DNA from: Sminthopsis crassicaudata
Lineage: Eukaryota
Direction of reading: 5' to 3'
DNA length: 64,000 nt
NCBI RefSeq assembly: GCF_048593235.1
Contig: NC_133617.1
Span: 368,160,067 to 368,224,066, forward strand
Part shown: in pieces, positions 23,128 through 36,650 of the stretch
Layout: the number at the start of each line of letters is the position of its first letter
Numbering within the stretch: position 1 is the stretch's first letter
Notes under the pieces: model-generated
Seen by the model: only the letters and a program-made list of their open reading frames with translations
Told to the model about the DNA's origin: nothing
Database searches by the model: none
Translations under genes and position numbers: made by a program

Positions 23128-23309
23128 AAGAAGCCAATGGATCAGGCTGTTAAATGCAGAGGGAGAATCAATTTCTCCTCCCTTTAACTTATCTTCATGT
23201 TAGAAGAGTCAAAAATCTCAGAGAAGTTGAGCAGTCAATGGGGAACTGTTCTTCCACCCAAAATAGAAGCATCAGGTTTAACTCAATATTTGAATAGGGA
23301 TTTCCTTGA
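23128..23309 (+). repeat. Left arm of a local inverted duplication
   Basis: Reverse complement of 24435-24621; hand alignment gives 60/71 and 75/92 in two ungapped blocks. Confidence 0.9.
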
Positions 23310-23512
23310 ATTTTTTTCATTAACCCTAATTCTTGACTTATGGCAATTTGATACTTCAATAACCTTATGGCTCCATATAGCAGGAGAAGCCCACCAAAGT
23401 CTCAGAAAGGAAGAGAAGGGAAACTGTACCATTTGACTTAATCTGTTTTCAATTTTCTGTTCCAGCTTCCTTCTCACAAAATTCTCCAAAAACACAACTC
23501 CACAGATAGCAT

Positions 23513-23770
23513 TAGGGCAGCTAAATGGTTCAGTGGATAAAGCACTGGATCACAGGTCAGGAAAATTTATCTTCCTGAGTTCAAATATAATCCTAGACAC
23601 TTACAAGCTGGGTGATTCTGGGCAAGTCACTTAACCCTGTTTGCCTTAGTTTCCTCATCTGTAAAATGAACTGGAGAAGGAAATGGCAAACTACTCAAGT
23701 ATCTTTGCCTAGAAAATTCCAAAAGAGTTCACAAAAAGTTGGACATGATTGAAAAACAACTGAACAACAG
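23513..23770 (+). mobile_element. MAR1-type CORE-SINE
   Basis: Head gggcagctaaatgg, CORE, and tail ctggagaaggaaatggcaaactactc...gttggacatgattgaa. Confidence 0.8.
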
Positions 23771-24434
23771 ATGCTTAATCCAAAAGAATTTATGTATAAT
23801 GGTGGGTATTCAGGCACCAAGTTATGAGGGAGCCATTAGGAAGGTTAAAGTAGGGACTGATGCTGCACCACCCTGAAACCGTGTAATAGATTTAAGCACT
23901 GATTCTGCTTATAAATTGGGCTGATTCTGATGTATTGGCTAAAGTCTTGAGTAGGGAAATTTATTATTGCCCTTTCTCTTTGCCACCACAAAACCAGATC
24001 TCAGCAGGAGAAATGACCTCAGTCGCTGCCACACAAACATCATCATTTAACAACCATGTAAGAGATCACTAAGTTCACAAAAAATCATACCAAAAATATA
24101 ACAGTTAAAACAAATTCACATATGGCTTTATATATATTTCACATACATTATTGCATTGAATCTTAACAATGACCCTGTAAAATAGATAGGGAATATGGGG
24201 TCATTGAATTAGAACTGGAAAAACCTTTAGAAATCCCTCAATCCAACTCCCCCAATTTACAGAGGAGGAAACTAAAGTCCAGAGAAAAGAAGATCAAACT
24301 GGTAGCAGGACTGTAACCAAAATTTCTCTGACTTCAGACCCAATGCTTTTAACAATGCATTGCTCCAGGTGAGAACTTCAACTATACCATCATTTTGTTT
24401 ATGAGAAAACTAAGAGAGATTCAGAGAGACCCCC

Positions 24435-24621
24435 TCAGGAAACTCCTTACTCAAATGTTGAGCTTTACCTGATGCTTCCATCTTGGGGGATGGAGCAGTT
24501 CCCCACTAACTGCTCAACTTTTCTGAGATTTTTTACTCTCCTTTCCTTCTATGAGGATAAGTAAAAGGGAGGAGATATTGATTTTCCCCCTGCATTTAAT
24601 AGCATAATCAGATGGCTTCTT
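24435..24621 (-). repeat. Right arm of a local inverted duplication
   Basis: Reverse complement of 23128-23309. Confidence 0.9.
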
Positions 24622-26992
24622 AATTGAACCTGGATCTCTTGATCCCCTTCTCCAATTATTAGGCAAGTTCCCAACAAGCTGTCCTGTTTTAAAGGGTATT
24701 GCCTCCAAGAACTACAACCAGATCTGCCTGCAGGGCATCATGTCCCTACATGTTCCTATTCCTACCAGGAGCAGTTGGTACTTTCATAATTTTGTGAACA
24801 TCTTCTAATAGTCGCTAATATTTATCTCAGCTTCCCTGGAATGTTTACTAAGCAGAAGACAAATGCCAACCTTATGTCATTTGCTAACAAATGCAATCAG
24901 CAGCATGGGCACCAAAAGGGACATGGAAACCTTATCCTGTGAAGCAAATGAGTCAACAATTCAACTCTCACATACACTGCACATGAGATCCTCATTAAAC
25001 ATGTTCTTCAGTGCTGAGATGAGTAGGAAAGGTGAGAAATCATAAGACCCAGGTTGAGGCACCAAAACAGGAAAAAAAAAAAACCTGGCCAAAACACCAG
25101 GGACCAGTCAGAGTTTGGAACAATAGTTCACATTTCTTTAGTGCTCTAAGATTTACAAACCAGGTATGCATAGAAATACATACAAAATTACCTAAGAACA
25201 TATATCCGAACATATATACACACATTTGCTTGTGAGTATGTGCATACACATAAGAAGATTTGATTCAATAAATTAATAAATCACAAAGTACCTACTATAT
25301 ACTAGGCATTGTACACAAAAAAACAAATGAGACACAAAACAAAAACCAAAATAATTTTTGGTCTCCAAAAAACTAATATTCTACCAACAGAATACAACAT
25401 GATAAGTAAATTTGAGGAGAGAAAGAAATACTAACAATGAAGATGATCAGAGAAGGTATCATGGAGGGTATAAAGATTCTATAAGGAGAGGCAGCTAAAT
25501 AGTGTAATAGATAGGGCACTACAACTGAAATCAGGAGGACCTGAGTTCAAATCCAGCTTCAGACATTTAAGTCACTGAACCGTTAAGTGACTTAAAGAAA
25601 GAAGATTCTATAAGGTGGAGAATGATGAGCAAATATATTTCATTCCACCGAGAATGGCCTGTTTGTAAAAGGATGGCTTTGGATGGCTAGAGATAAAATG
25701 ACACATTATTTGGCTTGAAAGTAAAGTCTCTGAGAAGTAACTTGAAATAAAGCTGTAAAGCCAAGTTGAAGCTAGAAAGTGGAAGACTTAGTGAGTTTAT
25801 GCACTCATGTATTTTACACATTTATAGGCACAAAGAAATATATATTTAAAATACATACATTTCACAATCCTAATGTACACATAAACATATACATTATATA
25901 TATAACTACCCTCAAACTCACATATGTATACCAAATGATTCAAATCATGCAAGGATCCTCTTTGTTCCCTCTTCATGGTCATTCCTGATGCCCTTGACCT
26001 TTTTCTATAAGATTTACTTCCTGGAGACATGTAAAGCTGCTTTTGCAGCTGGGTTCTATGAGATTGAATGAAATGAGCTGAAATGAGATTTTTGTTCAGC
26101 TGCCAACCCTACAACATTATGTACCTTTGAAAATAGCCAGCTTCCCAAACAGTTGCAGTAGGACAGAGTCCTCCTCTTTTCCAAGTTTCCTCATTCCTAC
26201 TCCCAATACAAGTACTGTCTTCATATCATAGGGGACCAGCAGGAAGAAGCAGATGGGCATGTTGTTCAAGAGATCTTCAAGTGAGAAAGCAATGGAGACA
26301 ACTGGAAAAGTGGGAATATATGGGATGGAACACTAGAAATCTTAGCACTGAATTAGAAAAGGGAAAGGACAAAGGTAAAGGACTTTAGCTATTAGGCAAT
26401 TTGACTTCATAGCTTTGTCTTTTATAAAATATTTATATTTCTTCATTAATAGTCATTATATATTATATATATTAACTATTTCATGTGATAAAATAATTAT
26501 GTTACTAATATATTATTATACATATACATACTCTGTGTATGAGAGAGAGACAGAAAGAGAAATGGAAAAAATGTCAACACTAGTGCTAATTGTAAATAAT
26601 AAAAATATATTAAATAAGAAAAAAATGGGGGAGGAAGTTACATCAGTAATGATCATAGAAATACTCAGAGCTAGAAGGGAACTTAATACCATGTTTAACT
26701 ATTTCATTTTGCAGATGCAGAAACTGATGGCCACAGAAATTATTTTCCTACGGTCACCCAGATAGTAAATGGCAGAGTCTGAATCTGAACTCAAGTCCTT
26801 TGGTCTGCAAATTCAGGACTCCTACCATACCACACTGCCTATTACTATTCATACTAGTACAGTGATAATTATATATAAAGGTCTCAAATCAATTTTAGGA
26901 ACTTATGAGGCTATGAACTTTTGTCTGTGCCTTTTCATCTTTCTGTGGGTGATAGAGACATTCTTACTGACAATCTTGAAAAGATTAGGGCA

Positions 26993-27179
26993 TTGTAGTT
27001 AAATGATAAATCCCTTTCCAACTTCTTTGGAGAAACAAGGGGGTTGATGAAAGACTAGCACCCAAAGGAGGCATTTGGTGATGCCTATGATTTGGAATGA
27101 GTGCTCTTTGTTTCATTCTTTGTTATTTAATATTGGTATTCTAATTTAATTAAATATATTTGATTTGGAAAAAAAAAAA
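26993..27179 (+). pseudogene. Unidentified 5'-truncated poly(A)-tailed retrocopy (processed mRNA 3' end or unrecognised retroelement)
   Basis: Perfect 14-bp TSD AAAAGATTAGGGCA (26979-26992 / 27180-27193), ATTAAA at 27149-27154, and A-run 27169-27183. Confidence 0.7.
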
Positions 27180-28496
27180 AAAAGATTAGGGCACACCCTT
27201 TAACACTTCACTGAAAAATGAATATTCACTTAAGTCTCATCTGTGAGGGTTTAATTGATTGACCTGGACTTGATTGAGGATTAATTGGTTGGTTTAGAGG
27301 AAATTACCCCCCCCTTTTTGCTAAATCTATAAAAAGCAGATTTTAAGCAGACTCTAGTCTATTTACCTTTTTTTTCCTCTTCTTAGCCTAGATCTGCAAG
27401 ACCCTTCTCCACTGAGAGTGGACCAAAATTTTTTGGAGGTGGGGGAAATAGGCCAGCACATTGCCATACCACTCTCTTCCCTTCCCCACCCTCCCCATGA
27501 CTGAGCCCAAGAGATGACAGCAGCCAGGGTAATACTGGAGCTTTGAGTTCCTGGATCCTTACTCTATTGGTGTACAATGAATGCCAGGCCCCTGCTCTGG
27601 AGAAACAATAGTAAAGTCACACTTTCAGCCAAGAGGAAGAAAGATTTCTTAGGCATCAGGATCCTGGGATCTAGCCTTCCAGTGAGAGAAGAGGAGAGTT
27701 TCTGCGCTGCAGGAGCTTCAGACTGCCCCACACAAGAATGAATTTGAGAGCCCATTCACCTTTCTAGAGAGACAAGAAATTCCTGAACAGTACCAGCATC
27801 ATGGCCCCTGAAGCTGGAGCATTAGCAGAGGAATGGTAAATCACAAAATGGGGAAGAAAATGCATAAACTTTATCTTCTGCCATTACTATGAGTTATCCA
27901 GATAGTTCAGGTCCAATGAGAAGGGAGTTGGCTCCCAAGTATGTCTCTTTTCTGGGAAGAGTTCAAGACTAGAGTCTTAAGTATTAACTGAACAGGTCAT
28001 TCTTCTGTGGCACTTCCACTGAGTTTCAGAATTGCAATGAACTGGAATAGTAGTGAACAGCATACAATCTCCAGTTAACATCACAATTAATTAGTAGGTT
28101 TTGTGGTTGCATTTACCAAGGAATCTTATATGGTCCCTAATAAATATAGAAAAAACTCATTGCTGGAGAACAGTCTCTAAGCCTGTTCTATAGCAACTAG
28201 GTAGAATAGAGCACTGGGTCTGAAGTCAGGAAAACCTGAATTCAAATCTAGCTCAGATACTAGCTGTGTGACCCTGGGCACACTTAACCTGTTTGCCTCA
28301 GATTCCCCATCTGTCAAATGGGGATATTAACAGTACCTACTTCAGAGTTGTTGTGAAGATCAAATAAAATAATATTTGTAAAGTGCTTAGTACAGTTCCT
28401 GGTACATCATAGGTATTAAAACATAAGTTCCTAAACTTTTTAAAGTCTTGTACCTCTTGGCTTTCTCTATTCAACGTGAAAGGAAATACAGCTGAG

Positions 28497-31400
28497 TTTT
28501 TTTTTTTTTGCATGTTTAATATATTTTATTCTACCAGTTAACATGTAAAACATTTTTTGCAATTGTTTTTAAAGCTTTAAGTTCCAGGTTCTCTCCCTTC
28601 CCTCCCCATCCTACTCCCCATTGAGAAGGCACATGTGAAGTTATACAAAACATTTCTATAACAAGTTATGTTGTGAAAAAAAAAAAAAACCATAAGATTC
28701 TCTTCCCTCCCAAAAAAAAACCCTCAAAAAAAATAAAATTAAAAAAAATATGCTTCAATCTGTGTTAGACAAATCAGTTCTTCTTTGGATATGGATAATA
28801 TTTTTTTTTCCTTTAGAGTAGGCTTGGATCCTTGTATTAGTGAGAATAGCAGTCATTCACAGCTGATCATTCCACAGCATTGCTATTACTTTGTACATAG
28901 TACATTTCATTTTGTATGAGCTCATGGAGGACTTTTAAGGTTTTTCTGAGAACATCCTGCTCATCATTTCTTATAGAACAAATACTATTGTTCATCAATA
29001 TATTCATCATAATCACATTCCAGTTTATTCAGCTATTCACCAATTGATGAGCATCCCCTCAATTTCCAATTTTTCCTTGAGAAAAGAGCTATTATAAACA
29101 TTTTTGGTATATATAGGTCCTTTTCCCTTTTTAAAAAATTTTAAATCTCTTTGGGATATATCCCTAACAGTGGTATTGTTAGGTTAAAGGGTATGCAAGA
29201 TTTTATAGACCTTTGGGCATAAATCATATCTTTTGATCATTTATCAGTTGAGGAATAGCTCCTTTTTTTTTTTTAATAAATTTGACTCAGTTCCCTATGT
29301 ATTTGAGAAATAAGACCTTCATCTGAGAAACTTGCTTCAGAAGACTTTCACAATTACCATTGCCAATTGTATTTCCCCTGTTCGTTCTATTCTCTCTTTT
29401 CACCTTGTACCTCCTGAAAAATATATTTCTTCTGACCACCCCTCCCCCAATATGCCCTCTCTTCTATCACCTTCCCCCCTTTTCATATCCCCTTCTCCTC
29501 TTATTTTCCTGCAGGGTAGGATAGATTTCTATACCCACATTAAGAATGCATGGCATTTCCTCTTTGAACCAATTCTGATGAGTATGGTTTGTTCACTGAA
29601 CTAACCCTTTCCCTCCACTATAAAAGCTTTTTCTTGCCTTTTTTGTGTCAGTTAATTTACATCATTCCATATGCCCCCTTTCCTTTTCTTCTAGTTTATT
29701 CCTCTCACTCCTTAATTTAAAATTTTAGATATAATTCCTTTATATTTAAATTACAATGATGCCGTGTGTGTATGTGTGTGTAACTACCCTAATAATAGAA
29801 AAGTTCTTATGAGTTAGAAGTATCATAAACAGAATAACCTATATTATTAAGTCCTAATGATTTCCTTACTTCCTTATGCTTCTCCTGAGTTCTATATTTA
29901 AAAATTAAATTTTCTATTCAACTTTGGTCTATCATGAATGCTCAAAAGCCCTCTATTTAATCGAATAACCACCTTTTCCCTTGAAAGATTATACTCAGTT
30001 TTGCTCGATAGATGATTTTTGATTATAATCCTAACTCCTTTGCTCTCTGGAATATTATATTCCAAACTCTCTGATTCTTTAATATAGAAACTGCTAAATC
30101 TTGTGTTATCCTGACTGTGGCTCCACTATACTTGATTTTTTTTTAAATGGATACTTGGAATATTTTCTTCTTGACCTGGTAGTTCTGAAATTTGGCTATA
30201 ATATTCCTGAGAGTTTTCATCTTGGGATCTCTTTGGGAAGTGATAAGTGGATTCTTTCTATTTCTAATTTACCCTCTGGTTCTAGAATATCAGGACAGTT
30301 TTCCTTGATAATTTCTTGAAAGATGATGTCTAGGCTTTTTTATTTTTTTTTAATCATGACTTTCAGGTAGACCAATAATTTTTAATTATCTCTCCAGGAT
30401 CTATTTTTCAAGTCAGTTGTTTTTCCAATGAGATATTTCACATTCTTTTCTATTTTTTCCTATTTTTTTTAATTATGTGTTTTTGTTTCTCATAAAGTCA
30501 TTAGTTTCCAACTGTTCAATTCTAACTTTAAGGAATTACTTTCCTCAGTGAACTTTTATACCTCCTTTCTCGTTTGGCAAATTTTGCTTTTTGTATTTCC
30601 TTTTGTATTACTTTAATTTATCTTCTGAATTTTTCCTCCATCTCTCTTACTTGATTTTCAAAATCCTTTTTGAGTTTCTCCATGGCAAGAGACCAATTCT
30701 TATTTTACTTCGAGACTTTGGATGTAGGAGTTTTAACTTTATTATCTTTTTCTGCATGTGTATTTTGATCTTCCTTGTCACCATAATAAAGTTTGCTCAT
30801 TTTCCCAACCTCTTACTCAGCTTAAAACTCTTTGTTAAAGTAGATTTATATTTCTTTTTTTATATTATACTTTTTTTTATTAATTTTATAATTATAATTT
30901 TTTTTGACAGTACATATGCATGGGTAATTTTTTACAACATTATCTCTTGTACTCACTTCTGTTCTGAATTTTCCCCTCCTTCCCTCCACCCCCTCCCCTA
31001 GATGGCAGGCAGTCCCATACATGTTAAATGTGTTATAGTATATCCTAGATACAATATATGTGTGCAGAACCGAATTTCTTGTTGCACAGGAAGAGTTGAA
31101 TTCAGAAGATAAAAATAACCTGGGAAGAAAAACAAAAATGCAAACAGTTTACACTCATTTCCCAGTGTTCCTTCTCTAGGTATAGCTGATTCTATCCATC
31201 ATTGTAGATTTATATTTCCAGGGCAGAGGGCATACTGTACCAAGTTTCAGAGGTTTTATGCATCTGCTTTCAGGGATCTCTCTAGAGGTCTGTGTTATGA
31301 ACCAGCACTGCTACCCAGATCTAAATATAGGCTAAGCAGCAGAATCCTGCCTCAGTGCCAGTAAAGAGGCCCCTGCAATCTCCTTGTGACCAGATGTTTT

Positions 31401-31510
31401 CCCCTCTCTCTTTACCCTAGATCTTTAGAAACCACTGCTGCAACTGCCACCACTGTTGATACAATAGCTCTCAAAGCCCATTCCCAATTCGCTAAAGCTC
31501 CCCTCACATC
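28497..31510 (-). mobile_element. Old L1 with 5' UTR, ORF1, spacer and only the tail of ORF2 (internally deleted / HAL1-like)
   Basis: ORF1 C-terminal signature at ~29990-30140 (rc of ATVRITQDLA..TLK...WNIIF...LGL.PRI.Y.AKL), ORF2 C-terminal remnant at ~28980-29330, poly-T at ~28497. Confidence 0.7.
30855..31203 (-). mobile_element. Young L1 3' end nested in the older L1
   Basis: Perfect 15-bp TSD GTAGATTTATATTTC (30840-30854 / 31204-31218). Highly similar to the rc of 39420-39795. Confidence 0.9.
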
Positions 31511-32216
31511 CTAATGCAATGATAACTTCCTAGTCATTCTTGACTTCTGTGGATCAATTCAAATGTGGGAATTCAAAATCAATTTGAATTCCTGACTCCA
31601 GGTCCAGCACTCTATTCACTGTGTAGACTATTCACGGTGTAACTGCACCCCAGCTAGTATTAATTCTCTTTACATTTATTCTGTTTAAGATTACGTGAGG
31701 AACAACTATGCCAAACATAATTTTTTTTTTCAGCAATATGGTGATCACCAAAACAATTCCAATAGAGTTGGGATGGAAAAATGCCAGCTGCATCCAGAGA
31801 AAGAATTATAGAGTGTGGATTAAAGTATAGTATTTTCATCTTTTTTTTTTGGTCTGATTTTTCTTGCACAACATGGATAAGTATGAAAATATGTTTAATA
31901 TAATTGTACAGATTGCTGTCTTTGGGAAGAAGGTAAGGGAGAAAAAAATTGGAACATAAAATCTTATAAAAATCAGTGTTGAAAACTATCTTTACATGTA
32001 TTTAGAAAAATAAAATGCTATTGAAGAAACAAAAAAAAATTTATTCTGATTACACTTATAGATGTACATATTGTTTCCTTGTTTGAATATAAACTCCTTA
32101 TGAATAAGGATTATTTCATTGTTTGTATTTGTAACTCAAGGCTTAAGTTCTTAATAAATTCTTGGTTGACTGGTGATTCTTTGATCTAGGCCTAGTCTCT
32201 TCAGAGCTTCATTTCT

Positions 32217-32449
32217 TTTTTCTTTTTTTACAATTAAAGCTTTTTATTTTCAAAATGCAGATAATTTCACATTGATCCTTGCATAGCCTTGTGTTCCAAA
32301 TTTTCCCTTCCTTCCTCCCATCCCCTCCCCTAGATGGCAGGCAATCCAATAGATGTCAAACATGTTAAAATATATGTTAAATCCAATATGTGTAAACATA
32401 TTTATATAATTATCTTGCTGCACAAAATAAAAAAAAAAAAATCTGATCA

Positions 32450-32482
<33 letters not shown>

Positions 32483-33394
32483 GAGTAAGAAAATAAAATG
32501 CAAGCAAACAACAATAAAAAGAGTGAGAATGTTATATTGTGATCCACATTCAGTTCCCACAGTCCTCTCTCTGGGTGTAGATGGTTCTCCATCACAAGAT
32601 CATTGGAACTGGCCTGGATCATCTCATTGCTGAAAGGTCATGTTTCTCACAGTTGATCATCACATAATCTTCTTGTTGCCATGTATAGTGATTCCCTAGT
32701 TCTGCTCATTTCATTCAGCATCAGTTCATGTAAGTCTTTCCAGGCCTTTCTGAAATCATCCTCCTGATTGTTTCTTATAGAACAATGATATTCTATAATA
32801 TTCATATACCACAATTTATTCAGTCATTCTCTAATTGATGGGCATCCACATAGTTTCCAATTTCTGGTCACTACAAAGAGGGCTGCCACAAACATTCTTG
32901 CACATACAGGTCCCTTTCTCTTCTTTAAAATCTCTTTGGGATATAAGCACAGTAGAAACACTGCTGGGTCAAAGGATAGGCACAATTTGATAACTTTTTG
33001 GGCAGATTTAACTTTTTTTCCAGATTGCTCTCCAGAATGGCTGGATCTGTTCACAACTCCACCAACAATGAATCAGTATCTCAGTTTTCCCATATCCCCT
33101 CCAACATTCATCATTATCTTTTCCTGTCATCTTAGCCAATCTGACAGATGTGTAGTGGTACCTAAGAGTTGTCTTAATTTACATTTCTCTGATCAATAAT
33201 GACTTAGAGCACCTTTTCATATGATTAGAAATGGTCAATTTCTTTATCTGAGAATTGTCTGTTTATATCATGTGACCATTTATCAATTGGAGAATGGCTT
33301 GAATTCTTATAAATTTGGGTCAATTTTAAAATTATTTTAGAAATGAAGCCTTTATCAGATCCCTTAAATGTAAAAATGTTTTCCCAATTTATTG
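32217..33394 (-). mobile_element. 5'-truncated L1 (ORF2 C-terminus and 3' UTR)
   Basis: ORF 32824-33054 contains LCLSFDPAVFLLCLYPKEI...CARMFVAALFVV.RNWK..GCPSI. TSD CAGAGCTTCATTTCT (32202-32216) / CAGAACTTCAGTTCT (33395-33409). Confidence 0.92.
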
Positions 33395-34132
33395 CAGAAC
33401 TTCAGTTCTACATCACAAGCCACCTTTTGAATGTTTCATGTGTCATAGATATATTGTATCCAACAAATCCAAAACAAAATTGAGTCTCTCCCAAACCCAC
33501 TTGCCATAAAGTAAGTCTGATTCATACCTATCTAGTAGGGGCAGGTACATGACACAATGCCACAGAATGTTGGGCCTGAAGTCAAGATGACCTGAGTTCA
33601 AATGTGACCTCAAACACTTATTAGCTGTGTGACTCTTGGCAAGTCACCCCTATTTGCCTCAGTTTCTTATATCTTTGCAAAGAAAACCTCAAAAGGGGTT
33701 ACCAAGCATGGATGCTACTGGGAAAAAAACTAAATAATTGAATAGATTATCTGTTAAGAAGAAGAAATTAACTCTTAGCATAGTAGGATTGCTCAACAAA
33801 TATAGAGCATTTAGGTAGGGTAGATCCAGCCTCTCATCTTTAATAGAAACTCCCCTAATCAGTAGAGAGAAGTGTTTTCTGTTGGGACATCCATCAAGGT
33901 TGCTGACTTCATCTGGATGGGTCTTCATTGTGCATTTAGGAGACTAGGAAGCTGTGTCAACACTCCAAGCTCTGATTTTCTAAGAAAATTAAATCTTAGG
34001 ACTATTTAAATATCTTTTAAGGAAAAATTAGTCTAATATGTTGAGGGGAAAGCTAATTTAGTCCTCACAGCAGAGGATTCTGGTACATATAATACTGTAC
34101 CTACCATATAAGTACTCTTCCCAAATGTAAGA

Positions 34133-34250
34133 GCAGCTAGGAGGTACAGTGGATAGAGTGGTAGTCTTGGAGTCAGGAAAATAAGTTCAAATCTGGCCTC
34201 AGGTATTTACTAGCTATGTGACCACAGGCAAGTCACCTAACACTAACTAG

Positions 34251-34281
<31 letters not shown>
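34133..34281 (+). mobile_element. CORE-SINE with long poly(A)
   Basis: gcagctaggaggtacagtggatagag head, B-box, CORE, and A-run ~34251-34281. Confidence 0.75.
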
Positions 34282-34283
<2 letters not shown>

Positions 34284-35577
34284 CAACTTCCCAATTACTG
34301 GTGAAGGAATTATCATCCTTCCACTTACCTTAGGTTCAGAATCTTTGTGATCCTCACTTTTCTTTATGCCACATTTTTGTTCAGTTTCCAAATCTAGTTC
34401 AGACTAGTTCAGACCTTCATCATCTCTCACCTGACCTCTCCTGCTAAAATGTTAAGACCTTGTAAGTAGGGATGGTTCAATTCATTGTATTGGTCTCCCC
34501 TGCCAAGTCTACACAGCCAAGTGTGTGTTCTCAGTAAAACTTTTTGGATTGTTTTTTTTTTACTGCAGTAATTTCCTAACTGGCCTCTCTGCTTCAGGCA
34601 TTCTCCACACTACTTTCAAAGTGATTTCCTAATATGCAGACCTCGCCACATCACTGCCCCACCCAATAAATTCCAATAATTTCCTATCACCCCTGAGATT
34701 AACTCCTTTGTTTTGCATTTAAATTCCTTCTCGACCTGGTCTCAACCTAAGTTTTCCAAGAAGGTACTTCCCTTCAAGTACCTGATAAAACTAGCCTTTT
34801 TTATTGTTCCCACCCATTACACTCTATTTTTAAAAAATTATTTTATTATAGCTTTTTATTTACAAAACATATGCACAGGTAGTTTTTCAACACTGATCCT
34901 TGCAAAACCTTCTGTTACAAATTTTCTCCTCCTCCCTACCCCCTCTCCCAGATGGCAGGTTGTTAAATGTTAAAATAAAAAACACTTCATTTTTCATCTC
35001 TGTCCCTCATTCCTAGAATATACTTCCTCCATACCTCCACATTTTAGAAGGGCTATTTTCCTTCAAGACTTAGCTCAAGTACTAAAAGTTGGCCTAAATC
35101 ATTTTCTGGTACTGACAGCTATTCATGCTCTCAACTTCTCCTGAATTTATTTTGTGTATGTAAGATCTATGTGCCTATGTAAGATATAGTTATACCCATG
35201 GATTACCTAAATGTAGAGATGAGAGGCTCTTGGGAGATATGGACTGATAGATCTGAGGTCTTGGCTGCCATTGAGAAGAAGGGCCTATGGCAGTACCTAC
35301 GTCATGGCCAGGAGGCCCCAAGAGCCCATGAAACTATTATTGTTTCCAACATGGTTACCAAAATAAAATTGTATCTGTCCCCCCTGAATATTGTTGGCCT
35401 AGGGGTACAATTGTGGTTCAGAATAAAAGCCACTTCCCTGGTCATTCTTAAGGGGAGAGGGTTGTTTCAAATTTATACCCTCCAGTTTGGTCTCTATTGG
35501 AGGTATCTAATGCCATTATTTTCTTAGTTCAGATTCAGTATTGAGATGAAATGAGGCAATCGAAAGTAACTGAATAG

Positions 35578-35720
35578 GGGCAGCTAGGTGGCGCAGTGGA
35601 TAGAGCACCATCCCTGAAGTCAGGAGGACCCAAGTTCAAATCTGGTCTCAGACACTTAACACTTCCTAGCTGTGTGACCCTGGGCAAGTCACTTAACCCC
35701 AGCCTTAGGGAAAAAAAAAA
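35578..35720 (+). mobile_element. WSINE1-type young CORE-SINE
   Basis: Intact A- and B-boxes. TSD GAAAGTAACTGAATAG (35562-35577) / GAAAGTAACCGAATAG (35721-35736). Confidence 0.9.
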
Positions 35721-36331
35721 GAAAGTAACCGAATAGTTAACAAAAGGAAACTTACTTTGCCCTCACAGAGCAAGGATATGTAACAAGGATAAAGTGGCAC
35801 TTGGTTTCTCTGGATTTGGTTCTCCTCATCTCCTCATGGAAGTGTCTGGTCATCCCAGGGTAAAGTCCATAGTGGCTCACATGAGCTTCAGAAAGCCACC
35901 AAGTTGAGGGGGTCTCAAATGAACATGGGTGGGATTTTTTGTGCCAACTATGTCCAACCAGGTTTTGGGACTACTTTGTCTTGTTTAGAGAAAACTAGTC
36001 TATGAAACAGAAGGGAAGGAAGAGGGGATGTGTCTAGCCTAGATTGTGGGTAATACTAGTAGATACTAGCTCTATCATAGCTCCTTCCCACAAAATGTTA
36101 GTTATATAAAAGATGACCACAAATAATACAAGTAAATCCAAAAAACTAAGCAAACAGATTGAAAATTGGAGATGTTCTACAGATTAAAATATACCCAAAA
36201 ATATGCAAGCATAAAGGAGTACTTTTCTGGGAGCTAAAACCAAAACTGAGGTCCCAGGTTTACCTATAGGGAAAGTTTCCAGAATCTCTAGGAAAGAAAG
36301 CAAGAGATCATGATAAAAAGTTGGTTTCTTC

Positions 36332-36650
36332 ACAACATAGCATTTCCACTCCCTCTGTTTTTGTCTACTTGCATTTCTTTTTTCCTTCTCAGGTTAATTT
36401 TACCTTGTTTCTAAGTCCAATTTTTCTTGTGCAGCAAAATAACTGTATGGATATGTATACATATATTGTATTTAACATATACTTTAACATGTTTAACATA
36501 TATTGATTGGACTACCTGCCATCTAGGGGAGGGGGTGGAAGGAAGGAGGGGAAAAGCTGGAACAGAAGGTTTTGCAATTGTCAATGCTGAAAAATTACCT
36601 ATGCATATATCTTGTAAATAAAAAAGCTATAATAAAAAAATAAATTTTTT
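36332..36650 (+). mobile_element. 5'-truncated L1 3' UTR
   Basis: TSD AAAAAGTTGGTTTCTTC (36315-36331) / AAAAAGCTGGTTTCTTC (36651-36667). Confidence 0.85.

Noticed and set aside
35198-35527. 109-aa ATG-initiated ORF in apparently unique DNA
   Set aside because: No family resemblance, promoter or poly(A)/TSD evidence, and the length is within chance range.
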